Below, in pieces: positions 51,602 to 62,501 of a stretch of DNA of 64,000 bases. The stretch lies in NCBI GenBank assembly GCA_965248195.1, contig CBDFIQ010000002.1, positions 864,001 through 928,000 of the forward strand. The letters are read 5' to 3'. Below the pieces are notes generated by a model. That model saw nothing but the letters and a program-made list of their open reading frames with translations, was not told the DNA's origin and did not search any database. Source of the DNA: Longimicrobiales bacterium. GTDB lineage: Bacteria > Gemmatimonadota > Gemmatimonadetes > Longimicrobiales > Gaopeijiaceae. How positions within the stretch are numbered: the first letter of the stretch is position 1; the number at the start of each line of letters is the position of its first letter. A program made the position numbers and the translations under genes.

Positions 51602-51743
51602 CCTGAGCCCTCCGGCTTGGAACTGCGGAAGAGGGGAGTGTTTCGGATCCCTAGCCCCCACCATATATTTTGCTCGAACGTGCCCTGGCAGGGGTCTTAT
51701 CTTGGACGTACCCGATCGAAAAGGTTGTCAAAACTAGTTGCCT

Positions 51744-52649
51744 ATGAACGAGACGCAATTCTCCCCCCAACCCCTTGTTACGAACGACTTCGCAAGCGTC
51801 GTGGCGGTCGTCTTGAACTGGTCCGCGGAAGAGCTCACCAGCGAGTGTATCGACTCGCTCGAGTGCTCCCAATATTCGCGCCTGCGCATCCTACTCATCG
51901 ACAACGGCTCTCCAGACGGCTCCGGCGAGCGGCTGCATGTTCGCTTCCCCACCATCCCCTACCTCCAGATGGGACGAAATCTGGGTTACGGCGTCGCAAA
52001 CAACCGAGGCATCGAATGGGCCCTGGCTCACGGCGCAGACTATGTCCTCGTCGTGAACAATGATGCGGTCGTGCTGCCCGGTGCTATTGGTCGCCTCGTG
52101 GACGCGGCAGAGTCGGGAAAGGACGTCGCGATCGTGGCACCGTTCATCGGGTATCACGATGATCCCGAAACTGGATGGTACGCGGGTGGCCAATTTAGCC
52201 GACTGCGTGGGCTCGGTGTGCACAGTGCCCCACGCCCCGCCGAAAGTCTGACGAAACCGGAGGAGATATCCTTCGCAACCGGATGCGTGTGTCTCATCTC
52301 AGCCCGGGCGATTCGAGACGTCGGAACTTTTGCTGAGGATTTTTTTGCCTACGTGGAAGATGCCGAGTTCTGTGTGAGGCTCAGGCGTGCCGGCTATCGG
52401 ATTCTTTTCGAGCCCAGGGCGAAAGCTCTTCATCATACGCCTCGCCTAGAAGACGATCCTGCTCCCTACAAGATTAGCCTCCGAGACAGAAACCGAAGGC
52501 GCGTCATGAGGCGCCATTTCGGCCCCTTGGTCCGGATCCCCTTCTTGGCGCGTTTTTACGTGACCCGGCTCCTCATGTTGATACGCTACAGCGCCCGCCT
52601 GGACTGGCCTCGTGCCGCTGCGGTCGTCCAGGGTATGGTGGAGCGTTGA
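51744..52649 (+). CDS. Glycosyltransferase family 2
   Basis: LNW, IDNGSPD, NNDA, FFAYVEDAE. Confidence 0.88.
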   Translation: MNETQFSPQPLVTNDFASVVAVVLNWSAEELTSECIDSLECSQYSRLRILLIDNGSPDGSGERLHVRFPTIPYLQMGRNLGYGVANNRGIEWALAHGADYVLVVNNDAVVLPGAIGRLVDAAESGKDVAIVAPFIGYHDDPETGWYAGGQFSRLRGLGVHSAPRPAESLTKPEEISFATGCVCLISARAIRDVGTFAEDFFAYVEDAEFCVRLRRAGYRILFEPRAKALHHTPRLEDDPAPYKISLRDRNRRRVMRRHFGPLVRIPFLARFYVTRLLMLIRYSARLDWPRAAAVVQGMVER

Positions 52650-52686
52650 TGGGAGGGGAGGAGTCGCACCCGGGTGAGCTCGCCGC

Positions 52687-53799
52687 ATGAAAATTCTAAT
52701 AGACGTGCGACTGCTGAACGGGGGTGGAATCGGTCGCTTTATCCGTGAGGTCAGTCAACGGTGGCTCCAGGACTCCCGTGTTAGCGAGATCCACTTTCTT
52801 GGATCCCGTTCCGAGATTGCGAGGTGGCTTCCCAAGGTGGACCCTCGTGGTATTGGCACCATAGTTCGGTGGCCGGGTTCAGCCTATTCCCTCGCCCGGC
52901 AGATCGCGTGGCCCCGCGTCTTTTCCAGGCTGAGCAAGAGGGTAGACGTTTGTCTCTTTCCCCACTACAACGTTCCGATTCTCGGCCACCCCGCCCGTTC
53001 GGTGGTGATCGTATATGATTTGATCCATTTTCGCTTCCCGTCCGGGTTCCCGCTGCGAGTGAGAATTCCCGGGAGTTTCTTGATGAGATCTGCGCTTCAG
53101 AAGGCCAGTCGCCTCGTTACAATATCACAACACTGCCGTGATGATATTATCCGCTGGAAACCGAACACGGCCGATAAGCTCTCGGTCATCATGCCGGGCT
53201 TGAGCGAGGTCTTCCACCCTCTGGAGGAAGGAGAACGTGAGGACGCTCGGCACCGTTGGGGAGGGCTGCAGCCCTTCCTGATGACGGTAGGGCCGGCCAA
53301 AGCGCACAAGAACCTGGAGTTGGCGGTCGAGGTGCTTGCGAAGGTCCGGCGGGTTCAGCCCGACCTGAGACTCATCATGGTGGGGGCTGCGGGACGGGGA
53401 CTCCGGGACCTTTACCGGAGGGCTGCCGCGTTGGGTGTGGAGGACGCCGTAGTCGGCCTCGGGTTCCTAAGGGATGAGTATCTCCGTGAGTTGTACTGTA
53501 TGGCTGACGCGGTCCTGTTCCCTTCCAAGTACGAGGGGTTTGGTATTCCGCCGCTCGAAGCCATGGCGTGCGGCTGTCCGGTGGTCGCTTCGAGTCTGAC
53601 GGCGATTCCGGAAGCTGTGGGAGAAGCCGGCTGGCTCGTGGATCCTGAGAACAAAGAGGAGTGGGTGCGGGCGGTGACGGAAACCGTCGTCGGTTCACGG
53701 GTGCAGAATTTGAAGGCTGGCCGCCTTTGGGCATCGGGATTCTCTTGGGATCAGACGGCTGACGAGTTGCTCGGAGTGGTTGCGGCGGTGGCGGTGTGA
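52687..53799 (+). CDS. Glycosyltransferase family 4
   Basis: [24 protein letters not shown]. Confidence 0.88.
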   Translation: MKILIDVRLLNGGGIGRFIREVSQRWLQDSRVSEIHFLGSRSEIARWLPKVDPRGIGTIVRWPGSAYSLARQIAWPRVFSRLSKRVDVCLFPHYNVPILGHPARSVVIVYDLIHFRFPSGFPLRVRIPGSFLMRSALQKASRLVTISQHCRDDIIRWKPNTADKLSVIMPGLSEVFHPLEEGEREDARHRWGGLQPFLMTVGPAKAHKNLELAVEVLAKVRRVQPDLRLIMVGAAGRGLRDLYRRAAALGVEDAVVGLGFLRDEYLRELYCMADAVLFPSKYEGFGIPPLEAMACGCPVVASSLTAIPEAVGEAGWLVDPENKEEWVRAVTETVVGSRVQNLKAGRLWASGFSWDQTADELLGVVAAVAV

Positions 53800-54015
53800 A
53801 ATCGTAGCCGCAGGCCAGGCAGGAGTGGGAAGCCCGCCAGCGAACACCGAGTCGCGCACGGGAAGTGGCCTGGCGGAGGTCGTTCTGAGTCAATAAGGTA
53901 ACCCGCTAGAACAGATGACGTAGCCGGTGTGCTCGACCCTATGCGCCGGTGCGGGGTCGCGGCATCGACCCCCCTCACGACGCCTGCCTCCGACAAACGA
54001 CAAGGAGTATCTGAG

Positions 54016-55992
54016 TTGAGCGACCCACAACGCTGGCGGACACGCGCGGTGAGGGTGCATCACCGCCTCGCGCATTACCGCCGAGGGGTGGCGCTACTGG
54101 TCTATGCGTCGCTGATTTTGGCTGCGACCGCCCTGGCGTCGGCGTTCTCGGTCGGCTTGGACTTCCGGGCGGTGGTTTGGACGGACGCGGTCCTGCTGGG
54201 TTGCCTCTTGGTACTGGTGCGACTCCCACTCTATTTGCGGTTACGGCTCGGCATCGGACGATGGCGGTTCGTGGGGGTGGGGGAGGTGATTCGGCTCGCC
54301 GGAGCGACCGTTCTGGGATCGATCATGGTAGGCGCCCTGGCTATCACGCTCCCAGGGCTCGAGGCGACGGCGTCGGTCATGCTTCTCGAGATCGTCCTTT
54401 CAGTGACGCTCATAGCGGGTGTTTGGATTTCCTATCGGGCCCTCTTTGAGTACGGCCGACGGCTCTCAGGATTGAATGGGCACGGCTCAGGACCGGGCCA
54501 CGCCAAGCACCGACGCATCGTGGTTGCCGGTGCCGGTGAGGCCGGCCGAATGATCGTGCACCAGATGCTAAGGTCCGGACAGAAGGTGACGATCATCGGC
54601 TTCGTGGACGACGATCCCCTGAGGTGGGGAACGGCCATCCACGGAAAAGAGGTCATCGGGTCTGTCGAGGAGCTCCCCGCCATCGTGGAGTACGAGCGGG
54701 TGGATGAGCTCCTCATCGCGATGCCCACCGCGAAGCCAGGAGAGCTACGCCGCATCGTAGACGTCTGCAGTGAGATCGACATCGAGTTTCGTTTGGTGCC
54801 GGGACTCGACGAGGTGCTGAGGGGGGCTGTATCGCTAGACCAGATCCGGGAGATCCGCATCGACGACCTCCTGGGGCGCGACCCGATCCAGTTGGAGTTG
54901 CCCGAGCTGGAGGCGGAGCTCAGGGGGAAAACGGTTCTCATCACCGGGGCGGCGGGATCCATCGGATCGGAGTTGGCTCGCCAGATCGTGCTCCACCACC
55001 CTCGGGAGCTCATCCTCCTGGACCAGGCCGAGAGCCCACTTTTTTTTATTGAGCGGGAGCTGGTGGACAAGAAGTCTGACACGCGCATCGTGCCCGTGAT
55101 CGCGGACATTCTGGATCGTGAAGAGATGCGGATGGTGTTCGATCAGTGGAGCCCCGACCGGGTCTACCACGCCGCCGCCTACAAGCATGTTCCCATGATG
55201 GAGTGCAACGTCCGACAGGCCGTTCGCAACAACGTCCTGGGCACCTGGCAGGTGGCCGAAGTGGCCGCAGAGTCAGGCGCCGAGAAGTTCGTTCTTATTT
55301 CCTCGGACAAGGCCGTCCGCCCTTCGTCCATCATGGGCGCCACCAAGCGATTGGCGGAACTGCTCATCCTGGCGTTCGCCAGGCGGTACCCCCACACCGG
55401 CTGGCACGTCGTCCGGTTCGGGAATGTGCTCGGAAGCGCGGGCAGCGTGGTCCCGATCTTCCGACGGCAGATTAAGGATGGCCAGCCTCTCACGGTGACG
55501 CACGAAGATGTGACGCGCTACTTCATGACCATCCCCGAGGCGGTGCAGCTCGTCCTCCAGTCCTCGCTGCTCCCAGAGGCCTGCGGGAATATCACCATGC
55601 TGGAGATGGGCGAGCCGGTGAAGATCCTGGACCTGGCTCGGAGCATGATCCGGCCGTCCGGCCGCACCGAGGGGTACGACGCCACCATCGAGATCACGGG
55701 GATGCGCCCGGGAGAGAAGCTACACGAGGAGCTGGCGGCGCCGGAGGAGAGACCCGAGCCCACCGGCATCGAGAAGGTGATGGTCCTGCGCAACGGAAAC
55801 ATGGGGGTCGCCCTGAGCGAGGCGGAGGAGATGATCCGCAACCTCTGGTCCGAGGTGAGCGGCATGGATGACGACGCACTCCGTAGCTGGCTGCTAAGGG
55901 TGCCCGGCGTGGTGCTCGAGGCTGGGTGGCGGCAAGAGCATGGGTGGCGTCGGGTGGAGAGGATGCGGTCGGGGGATCTGACCGGAGATTGA
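54016..55992 (+). CDS. CapD/PglF/WbpM-like dehydratase, paralogue 2
   Basis: TTG start after AAGGAG; TGAAGSIGSE, HAAAYKHVP, SSDKAV, MGATKR. Confidence 0.88.
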   Translation: MSDPQRWRTRAVRVHHRLAHYRRGVALLVYASLILAATALASAFSVGLDFRAVVWTDAVLLGCLLVLVRLPLYLRLRLGIGRWRFVGVGEVIRLAGATVLGSIMVGALAITLPGLEATASVMLLEIVLSVTLIAGVWISYRALFEYGRRLSGLNGHGSGPGHAKHRRIVVAGAGEAGRMIVHQMLRSGQKVTIIGFVDDDPLRWGTAIHGKEVIGSVEELPAIVEYERVDELLIAMPTAKPGELRRIVDVCSEIDIEFRLVPGLDEVLRGAVSLDQIREIRIDDLLGRDPIQLELPELEAELRGKTVLITGAAGSIGSELARQIVLHHPRELILLDQAESPLFFIERELVDKKSDTRIVPVIADILDREEMRMVFDQWSPDRVYHAAAYKHVPMMECNVRQAVRNNVLGTWQVAEVAAESGAEKFVLISSDKAVRPSSIMGATKRLAELLILAFARRYPHTGWHVVRFGNVLGSAGSVVPIFRRQIKDGQPLTVTHEDVTRYFMTIPEAVQLVLQSSLLPEACGNITMLEMGEPVKILDLARSMIRPSGRTEGYDATIEITGMRPGEKLHEELAAPEERPEPTGIEKVMVLRNGNMGVALSEAEEMIRNLWSEVSGMDDDALRSWLLRVPGVVLEAGWRQEHGWRRVERMRSGDLTGD

Positions 55993-56038
55993 AACCCGCC
56001 TGTGCCATCCACGGTGCGTCGCATAGCTTCATGCCCAC

Positions 56039-57358
56039 ATGGAAGAACCGAACGAGAGATCTCCCGACCGCTACGGAACCCTGCTCGCGGAAGTCAAGGG
56101 GAGCGGCATGGCGGCGAACGCTACGGCCCTCTACGCCGCCCATATCGCCGGACTGGTCGTACCGCTTTTGACGATCCCCTATCTGGCCCGGGTCCTTCGC
56201 CCGACAGGTTGGGGCGTCGTCGTGTTCGCCCAATCGTTCGGGGCGTGGTTGGCCCTCGTCATGGAGTATGGCTTCGATCTGTCAGGTACGCGGGCCGTGG
56301 CTCGGGTCGGCGCAGACCGATCGCGGCTCTCGGAACTGGTGGCGGGCGTGCAGGGGGCCAAGTTCCTGATCCTCTTGTGCGTATCGGCTGGCCTGATCGT
56401 CGTGTACCTGGCCGTTCCGGCGTTTCAGCGAGAGCCTGCCTTTCTATTCTGGGCCGGTGCCTTCGCCGTGGCCCGCGGCCTCAACCCGAACTGGTATTTC
56501 TTGGGCTTGGAACGCATGCGAGCACCCTCGGCCATGGATGCCGGAGCCAAGGTCCTGGCTGCGCTAGGGGTGTTCATTTGGGTCAAGACCCCAGAGCACG
56601 GATGGCGGGTTTTGGCCCTCCAGGCCATCGCGGCGACGGTAGCCCTGGTTTGGCTGACCGTCTGGATGTACAGGGAGATCCCCCTGCGGCGACCCCGACT
56701 CGCTCACGCCATTCAGACTTTGAGAGATTCCGCAGGGGTGTTTGTTTTCCGGGCCTCATCAGGCCTCTATCTTCAAGCCAACGCGTTCGTGCTTGGACTG
56801 CTCGCTACTCCCCAAGTCGTCGCATTCTTCGGGGGAGCGGAGAGGATCATCCGGGCTGCCATCAACCTTCTCCATCCCCTCTCCCAGACGCTGTTTCCGC
56901 GCATGAGCCATCTGGCCGTCACGGACGCCAGGCGTGCCCGCCGGCTCCTGACGGCGGGTCTAGTCGGTCTCGGAGGATTGGGGATCTTGTCTGGAGTCGC
57001 GGCCGCCGTCTGGGCGCCCTTTCTGGTGAGGGTGATCCTCGGTCCGGGATACGAGGCAGCCATTCCAGTGCTCAGGATCTTGTCGATCCTTCCTCCGACC
57101 ATCGCCCTGGGCACGTTGCTCGGAATTCAGTGGGCTCTCCCCATGGGCCTGGAGAGACCCTTTTACCTGTTCGTGCTGTCGGCCGGTATGCTCAACGTTC
57201 TCCTGGCGGTGTTCCTCGTGCCTCGTTACGAAGCCATGGGCATGGCCATTTCCGTCATGGTGGCCGAGATCTTCGTGACAGGCTGTCTGGTGGCCCTCTT
57301 CAAGAAGAAGGGCGGATCTTTCGGGTCGCTTCGGCCCAGGCGAGAGATGAAGGCATGA
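56039..57358 (+). CDS. wzx: Oligosaccharide flippase
   Basis: About 12 TMs; PLLTIPYLARVL, EYGFDLSG, WYFLGLERM. Confidence 0.85.
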   Translation: MEEPNERSPDRYGTLLAEVKGSGMAANATALYAAHIAGLVVPLLTIPYLARVLRPTGWGVVVFAQSFGAWLALVMEYGFDLSGTRAVARVGADRSRLSELVAGVQGAKFLILLCVSAGLIVVYLAVPAFQREPAFLFWAGAFAVARGLNPNWYFLGLERMRAPSAMDAGAKVLAALGVFIWVKTPEHGWRVLALQAIAATVALVWLTVWMYREIPLRRPRLAHAIQTLRDSAGVFVFRASSGLYLQANAFVLGLLATPQVVAFFGGAERIIRAAINLLHPLSQTLFPRMSHLAVTDARRARRLLTAGLVGLGGLGILSGVAAAVWAPFLVRVILGPGYEAAIPVLRILSILPPTIALGTLLGIQWALPMGLERPFYLFVLSAGMLNVLLAVFLVPRYEAMGMAISVMVAEIFVTGCLVALFKKKGGSFGSLRPRREMKA

Positions 57359-58311
57359 CTCGCTCAATGACGGTGGATATCGTTCTCTGCGTATACAACG
57401 GAGAGCGATTCATCGCCGAACAGATCCGGAGCATTCAGAGCCAAACGCACCAGGACTGGCGCCTCTGGATCAGAGACGACGGTTCTTCGGACGACAGTCT
57501 GAAGGTCGTGCGGCAAATGGCCGGGGAGGATGACCGAATTCATCCATTTCCGCGCGACGGACACCGCCTCGGCGCGGGCCCCGGTTTTGGATGGCTCCTG
57601 GAGCACCTCCCGGGTGAGGCTCGTTACGTGTTCTTCTCGGATGCAGACGACGTCTGGCTACCCGAGAAAATAGAGCGGTCGCTGGCTGCCATGCTCCGGG
57701 CCGAGTCGCACCCCGGGGCCGTCCTCATTCACACGGATTTGGTGGTCGTGGACGAGCGACTTCAGACCATCCGGGGCTCCCTATGGCGCCACCTTCGTAT
57801 CAGGCCTGAGCCCGTCTCCCTGTGCCGCCTCCTCACTCATAATGTCGTGACGGGCCCTACCATGCTGATCAACCGCCCCCTTCTCGAGCTGGTCCGCCCG
57901 ATCCCGGAAGGCGCCGCCTACCAAGATACGTGGATCGCCCTGGTCGCGGCCGCCTTCGGACGCACGGTCGCGCTGTATGAATCGACTGTTCTATACCGTC
58001 GACACGAGTCGAGCAGCACCGGAAGGGATCGCGACCGCCCGCAGAATCTGCCGCGGATAGTCGCGACGGCAATCCGGACCAGAGGTCGAAGCGAGGAGAT
58101 CCGCCGCTGGCTTCAGGCCACTGCCAGTCAAGCCGAGGCGTTCCTCGTCCGATACCGCCCTCTACTTTCCGATAAGGACCAACGACTCCTCCGGGAGTAC
58201 TCCGAGATTCCGGGCCTGGGCTTCTTGTCGCGGAAGCTCCGTGTCCTGCGCAACCGGTCGCTGGGAGCCCAAGGCTGGGCCCGGCACGCCGCCTTTCTCA
58301 TTGGAGCCTGA
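57355..58311 (+). CDS. Glycosyltransferase family 2 (rhamnosyltransferase-like)
   Basis: YNGERFIAEQIRSI, RDDGSSD, FSDADDVW, YRRH; ATGA overlap with wzx. Confidence 0.85.
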   Translation: MTRSMTVDIVLCVYNGERFIAEQIRSIQSQTHQDWRLWIRDDGSSDDSLKVVRQMAGEDDRIHPFPRDGHRLGAGPGFGWLLEHLPGEARYVFFSDADDVWLPEKIERSLAAMLRAESHPGAVLIHTDLVVVDERLQTIRGSLWRHLRIRPEPVSLCRLLTHNVVTGPTMLINRPLLELVRPIPEGAAYQDTWIALVAAAFGRTVALYESTVLYRRHESSSTGRDRDRPQNLPRIVATAIRTRGRSEEIRRWLQATASQAEAFLVRYRPLLSDKDQRLLREYSEIPGLGFLSRKLRVLRNRSLGAQGWARHAAFLIGA

Positions 58312-58326
58312 GGAGCGTATGGGTGC

Positions 58327-59637
58327 ATGGTGAGAGAGGCGACCCATCCGGCCGGCGTGAACGTGTCGACGTACCTTCTTGTGGCTTGGGTAGCTCTGCT
58401 GGGCGCCGACCGAATCGATCTGCTCGGGGGAGAAGCGGATTTTATTCTCACACCTTACCTCACCCTGACTCCGCTCTATCTGGTCCTGGAAACGGTCCTG
58501 ATGGCCGTACAGCGGAACCGCTTGGCGGTGCCGCCCGCGACCGGAGCCTACTCCCTCGTGCTGCTCCTCTTCATGTCCGTCGTGCTACTCTCGACCCTGC
58601 TGGGTCTGGACGTCCCAACGTCGGCCCGCCGCTCGATCCTTCTCTTGGCCTTGTCGGGCGGGACGCTCCTGGTCGCGCTGTTCACCACAGGACGACCGAC
58701 TCTGGGGCCGGCACTCGCCTTGGGAGCGGAGCTTGGGCTGGGTCTGGCGGTCCTCTTCAGCGTGGCCCAGGTCATAACGTTCTTCTCCCCTGAAGCCGAT
58801 GTATTACGATTAGGACCTGTTTCCATTGGGCTGGAGCCCATGACATATGGGGGGATCATTCCTCGGCTCACCGGGCAGGTCGCCGATGCCAACCGCGCCG
58901 GGCTTCTCTTTCTCTTCTACCTGTTTGCCCTGGCCCAGTGGGGTACCCCCGGGGCTCGGCGCGGGGGCTGGATCGTCGTCGCAAGCATACTGATCCTGTT
59001 GACGCTGTCTCGTTCCGCCATTTTCGCGGCTCTGAGCGTCGGCCTGGTCGCCGCCCTCTCGCACGGGGGAGGCCGGATATCCCGCGGCGCGCTGGTGACG
59101 ACGACTTGCAGCGTCAGCGTGATCACCGCGCTCTTGCTCATCAGTCCGAACGTCCGAACGGACGTCGGGCGAGCACTGGCGCCCCTGGGTACCCGTTTTA
59201 GCCTTCAGGAGGGCTCCGTTCGCGACCATACCCGCCTGTTGGAGCGCGGAGTGCGCGAGGCCACGGGATCAGTGCGACGGGCCGCTTTGGGGGTCGGATA
59301 CGGAGACTCCTTCCTGCTCCTTCAGGACGTGTTTCCCGGCAACAAATACGGGAATTTTCATTCCCTTTACATGACCTTGATGGTGGAATCCGGCATATTC
59401 GCTCTGATGTTGTCTCTGGTGCTTCTGGGTGTTCCATTAATTCATGGAGGGCAGCTCCGACCGATGATCGCGGGCCTTGTGGCGTTCAATCTTTTCTACC
59501 AAGCGTTGTCCGAGCCATTGTTCTGGTTCGTCTTGGCACTGGCGTGGTTGTTACTTCCACCGTCTGTGTCGGCCAGGAGCGATGCTCGGTCGGCAAGCCC
59601 GAGTCCGAAGCGAACGCAGGAGGTGCCAGTTGAGTGA
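58327..59637 (+). CDS. O-antigen polymerase/ligase family membrane protein
   Basis: Multi-TM; RLTG..DAN, LTLSRSA, LGVGYG, HSLY..LMVESG. Confidence 0.75.
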   Translation: MVREATHPAGVNVSTYLLVAWVALLGADRIDLLGGEADFILTPYLTLTPLYLVLETVLMAVQRNRLAVPPATGAYSLVLLLFMSVVLLSTLLGLDVPTSARRSILLLALSGGTLLVALFTTGRPTLGPALALGAELGLGLAVLFSVAQVITFFSPEADVLRLGPVSIGLEPMTYGGIIPRLTGQVADANRAGLLFLFYLFALAQWGTPGARRGGWIVVASILILLTLSRSAIFAALSVGLVAALSHGGGRISRGALVTTTCSVSVITALLLISPNVRTDVGRALAPLGTRFSLQEGSVRDHTRLLERGVREATGSVRRAALGVGYGDSFLLLQDVFPGNKYGNFHSLYMTLMVESGIFALMLSLVLLGVPLIHGGQLRPMIAGLVAFNLFYQALSEPLFWFVLALAWLLLPPSVSARSDARSASPSPKRTQEVPVE

Positions 59638-59647
59638 GACCGAGCCG

Positions 59648-60886
59648 ATGCTCTGGATCGGTGACGTCGACAGAGGGCGGTTCTGCGTTCGCTTCATGAT
59701 CGGATTGACGCTCGGCTCAATGGGGTCCGCGGCGTGTGCCGACCGCATATTCGAGGTTGCCGAATACGCCAGCGTAACTGTAGATGTGACCCGTCTGTCC
59801 GGGGAACCCGTCGCCGGGGTTCATCTCGATCTCTACATCGGGGACGCGAGCATGGCAATCGCCAAGACGGACGAGGCCGGCCGTTACGTCTTCGATTTCG
59901 TCCCACCCAATATTTACGGCCTCTACGCGGAGCCGCCGACCGGGTACGTTCGGCTGGAGGAGCTCTTGGACGTCCCCATAAGCGCTTTCGTCACCGGGAT
60001 CGTGATTGAGCAGGGTGACCGGAAGAACTTCACCTTCACCTACTTTAAGGTCGGACCCGGGAGGATTGAGGTCACGGTCACCGAGCCCGATGGTATTCCC
60101 GTCGAAGGGGCCCGCATATTCCTGTCCTCACCCTTCGAGGTAGTGGAGGAGGAGGTCACGGGCCCCACCGGGAGGATCACCTTCGACCCCGTGCATTTCG
60201 GAAACTGGGGTGTCCATGTGGCTCCGCCGGATTTCTACGGCGATGCTGCCGAGCCGGACCCGTTCCAGCACGGGATCATCATCGAGGATGGATCAGTCGC
60301 GGAAACGATCTTCAGGCTGGAGCGCTGTGAAGGAGATCTAACGGTCCGTGTCCTGGACGAGTCTGGTGGGTCGGTGGCGGACCATCCCCTGATTGTTTAC
60401 CGGTCTTCCGGCATAGTCGAGGAGGGCCGTACCGGAGGCGGTGGCGAACGGACCTTCGGACCTCTGCCGTGTCGGAGCTTCGGCATTGCCCTCGTTCGAT
60501 TTCCTGGGTGGAACTTCGAAGAGGGGAGGGGCACCAGCTTCATCGACGGCATCCAGGTGACGAGTGGCAGCTCTCAGGCCTTTACCTTTTACGTGGAGCG
60601 TTGCCTAGCGAGCATCCGGGCCTCTGTGGTGGACGGCGCCGGGGCGTCGGTGGCCGGAGCGTCCTTGGCCCTCTTCACGTCTCTGGAGGAAGTGATCCGG
60701 CGAGAGACGGACGCCAGCGGGGCCGTCGTCTTCACGGAAGTCGGCTGCGGTATCGAGTACGGGGTGAAAGTCATTCCACCAGCGGGCTACACCGTGGAGG
60801 AAGGGCGGGGCTCGAGCTTCTTCGATGGACTGTTTCCGTCAAAGGGGGAGGAGCTCGTGGTCACCTTTCGGGTGGATCGCTCCTGA
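59648..60886 (+). CDS. Exported protein (probable lipoprotein) with four carboxypeptidase-regulatory/prealbumin-like repeats; start uncertain
   Basis: Hydrophobic stretch plus SAAC; repeated V.V....G.PV.G...L...T...G...F pattern. Confidence 0.65.
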   Translation: MLWIGDVDRGRFCVRFMIGLTLGSMGSAACADRIFEVAEYASVTVDVTRLSGEPVAGVHLDLYIGDASMAIAKTDEAGRYVFDFVPPNIYGLYAEPPTGYVRLEELLDVPISAFVTGIVIEQGDRKNFTFTYFKVGPGRIEVTVTEPDGIPVEGARIFLSSPFEVVEEEVTGPTGRITFDPVHFGNWGVHVAPPDFYGDAAEPDPFQHGIIIEDGSVAETIFRLERCEGDLTVRVLDESGGSVADHPLIVYRSSGIVEEGRTGGGGERTFGPLPCRSFGIALVRFPGWNFEEGRGTSFIDGIQVTSGSSQAFTFYVERCLASIRASVVDGAGASVAGASLALFTSLEEVIRRETDASGAVVFTEVGCGIEYGVKVIPPAGYTVEEGRGSSFFDGLFPSKGEELVVTFRVDRS

Positions 60887-60914
60887 GCCCTTGCCCCGTT
60901 GCCAAAGTGTCTCG

Positions 60915-62453
60915 CTAGGTTTCCCAGAGGTCCTTGCCCAACGCCGCCGTCATCCCGACTGCCATCCCGAGGATCAGCCCAAGAAAGAGATTCACAAGCG
61001 GCTTCGGAAACTCTGGATCATCAGGGTGAGAAATGAGGCCCGCGTCGACGATTCTGACACCCTCGCCGCGGATGGCGTCCTGAACCTCGGTGAGTCTGAG
61101 TTGCCTCTCGAGAAGCAGGTAGGCTTCGTTCAGGACCGTTCGCTCCCGAAAGAGTCTCAGGTATTCCATCTCCCGCTCCGGGAGCCCCTCCAGATCGGAC
61201 GTGACCCCCTCCATCGCGGTTCCGACCGATGAGAGCTGTCCGTCCAGGCTCTCGAGATAACTCACAGCCAGGGCGTGCAGTTGGCCCTCCAGGTCACCTA
61301 TGCGCTCGGTCAGCTGGCGTAGGTCCAGGTTCTTCTCCGTGCGGCGACTCCTGAGCTCGGATCGCTCGGTTTCGAGATCGTAGATCGCGAGCAGGATGTC
61401 CTGAATGCCGCTATTGGAGATGAACGACGGGTACGTCGCCAGCTGCCGGTACGCGGCCGCGTCCGGCGCCAGGGTCGCATCATCACCGGCCCTGGACTCC
61501 ACAAGCGCCAGGAGCTCGGCCAATGCCGCCCGTTCGACCTCGAGCGCATCGACCTGGAGCTGGAGCTCGGCGAATCGCCTTACCTGCTGCGTCGCTTCTT
61601 CTTCGGGCGCCACGATCAGGTGCAACTCCTGATAATCCCGGAGGTGTTCCTCGGCTTTGGTGAGCCGAACGGTGTAGTCGGCCACCTGGATCCGGAGCTC
61701 GTCGGCAGTGTAGCGGGCCTCCGCGCTTTCACTTCCGGTCTTGTAGGCGATGAACTCGTGTACGATGCCGTTGACAACGGCTGCCGCCATCTCCCGATCG
61801 GGAATTCGGTACGCCACCTCGACGAGCCTGGAGCCGCCTTCACCGCGCCGGATGTCGAGATCCTCGCGCAGTTCCTGAACCGCCTCGTAGTGAGGCACGA
61901 TATGGAGGCGGATACGCGCTGGTGCTTCTCTTTCCTCAGGAAATCGGAGGACGAGGACGTACCCCCCGAAACGGATCTCCTCCCCCGCCTGCACCCGGCC
62001 GAGCGACTGCTCGGCGTGGCCCCGCTCCTTGGCGGTGGCCTCGTACACACCCTGCCCGCGGCTTCGGAGCGTGACCCTACCCTCCCAGTTCGGGTCCCCC
62101 TGGGCGACAACCTCGATAATCTCGCTCCGAATGCCGGCCGGTCTCCGCATCCGGATCATGAGCGCCGTCGAATCCACCACGGCCTCGGCCATCCGCCAAC
62201 TGCGGAGGACGCCCATCTCGGTTGCCAGCTCGTCCCTACCGAGTCCCATTACGTCCAAGCCAGGAACGTCGCTCAACTGCTCTGCCAAACCCAGTCCCGA
62301 AGTCTCTTCCTGGATGCGCACAACGGCGGTGCTCTCATACCGCGGAGCTGACAGGAACGTCCAGAGGGCCACCGCGAGCAGAATTCCCGCGGTCACGCCC
62401 GTGATGAGCCACCCGTGTCGCAGCAGGCGCTGGATCAACTCCTTCAGGGTCAT
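60915..62453 (-). CDS. Polysaccharide co-polymerase (Wzc/GumC-like) lacking the tyrosine-kinase domain
   Basis: N-terminal TM with PRYESTAVV, coiled-coil region, C-terminal PKP..NL and TM; no Walker motif. Confidence 0.78.
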   Translation of the reverse strand: MTLKELIQRLLRHGWLITGVTAGILLAVALWTFLSAPRYESTAVVRIQEETSGLGLAEQLSDVPGLDVMGLGRDELATEMGVLRSWRMAEAVVDSTALMIRMRRPAGIRSEIIEVVAQGDPNWEGRVTLRSRGQGVYEATAKERGHAEQSLGRVQAGEEIRFGGYVLVLRFPEEREAPARIRLHIVPHYEAVQELREDLDIRRGEGGSRLVEVAYRIPDREMAAAVVNGIVHEFIAYKTGSESAEARYTADELRIQVADYTVRLTKAEEHLRDYQELHLIVAPEEEATQQVRRFAELQLQVDALEVERAALAELLALVESRAGDDATLAPDAAAYRQLATYPSFISNSGIQDILLAIYDLETERSELRSRRTEKNLDLRQLTERIGDLEGQLHALAVSYLESLDGQLSSVGTAMEGVTSDLEGLPEREMEYLRLFRERTVLNEAYLLLERQLRLTEVQDAIRGEGVRIVDAGLISHPDDPEFPKPLVNLFLGLILGMAVGMTAALGKDLWET

Positions 62454-62501
62454 GGCGCCGAGTTTCGCTTTCGCATAGTTGGAAGAGGACAGGGCATCAT
62501 G

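Noticed and set aside
56002..57354. 769-aa ORF suggesting a long N-terminal extension of the GT2
   Set aside because: The upstream part overlaps wzx in another frame and is not protein-like; the real start is ATG 57355.
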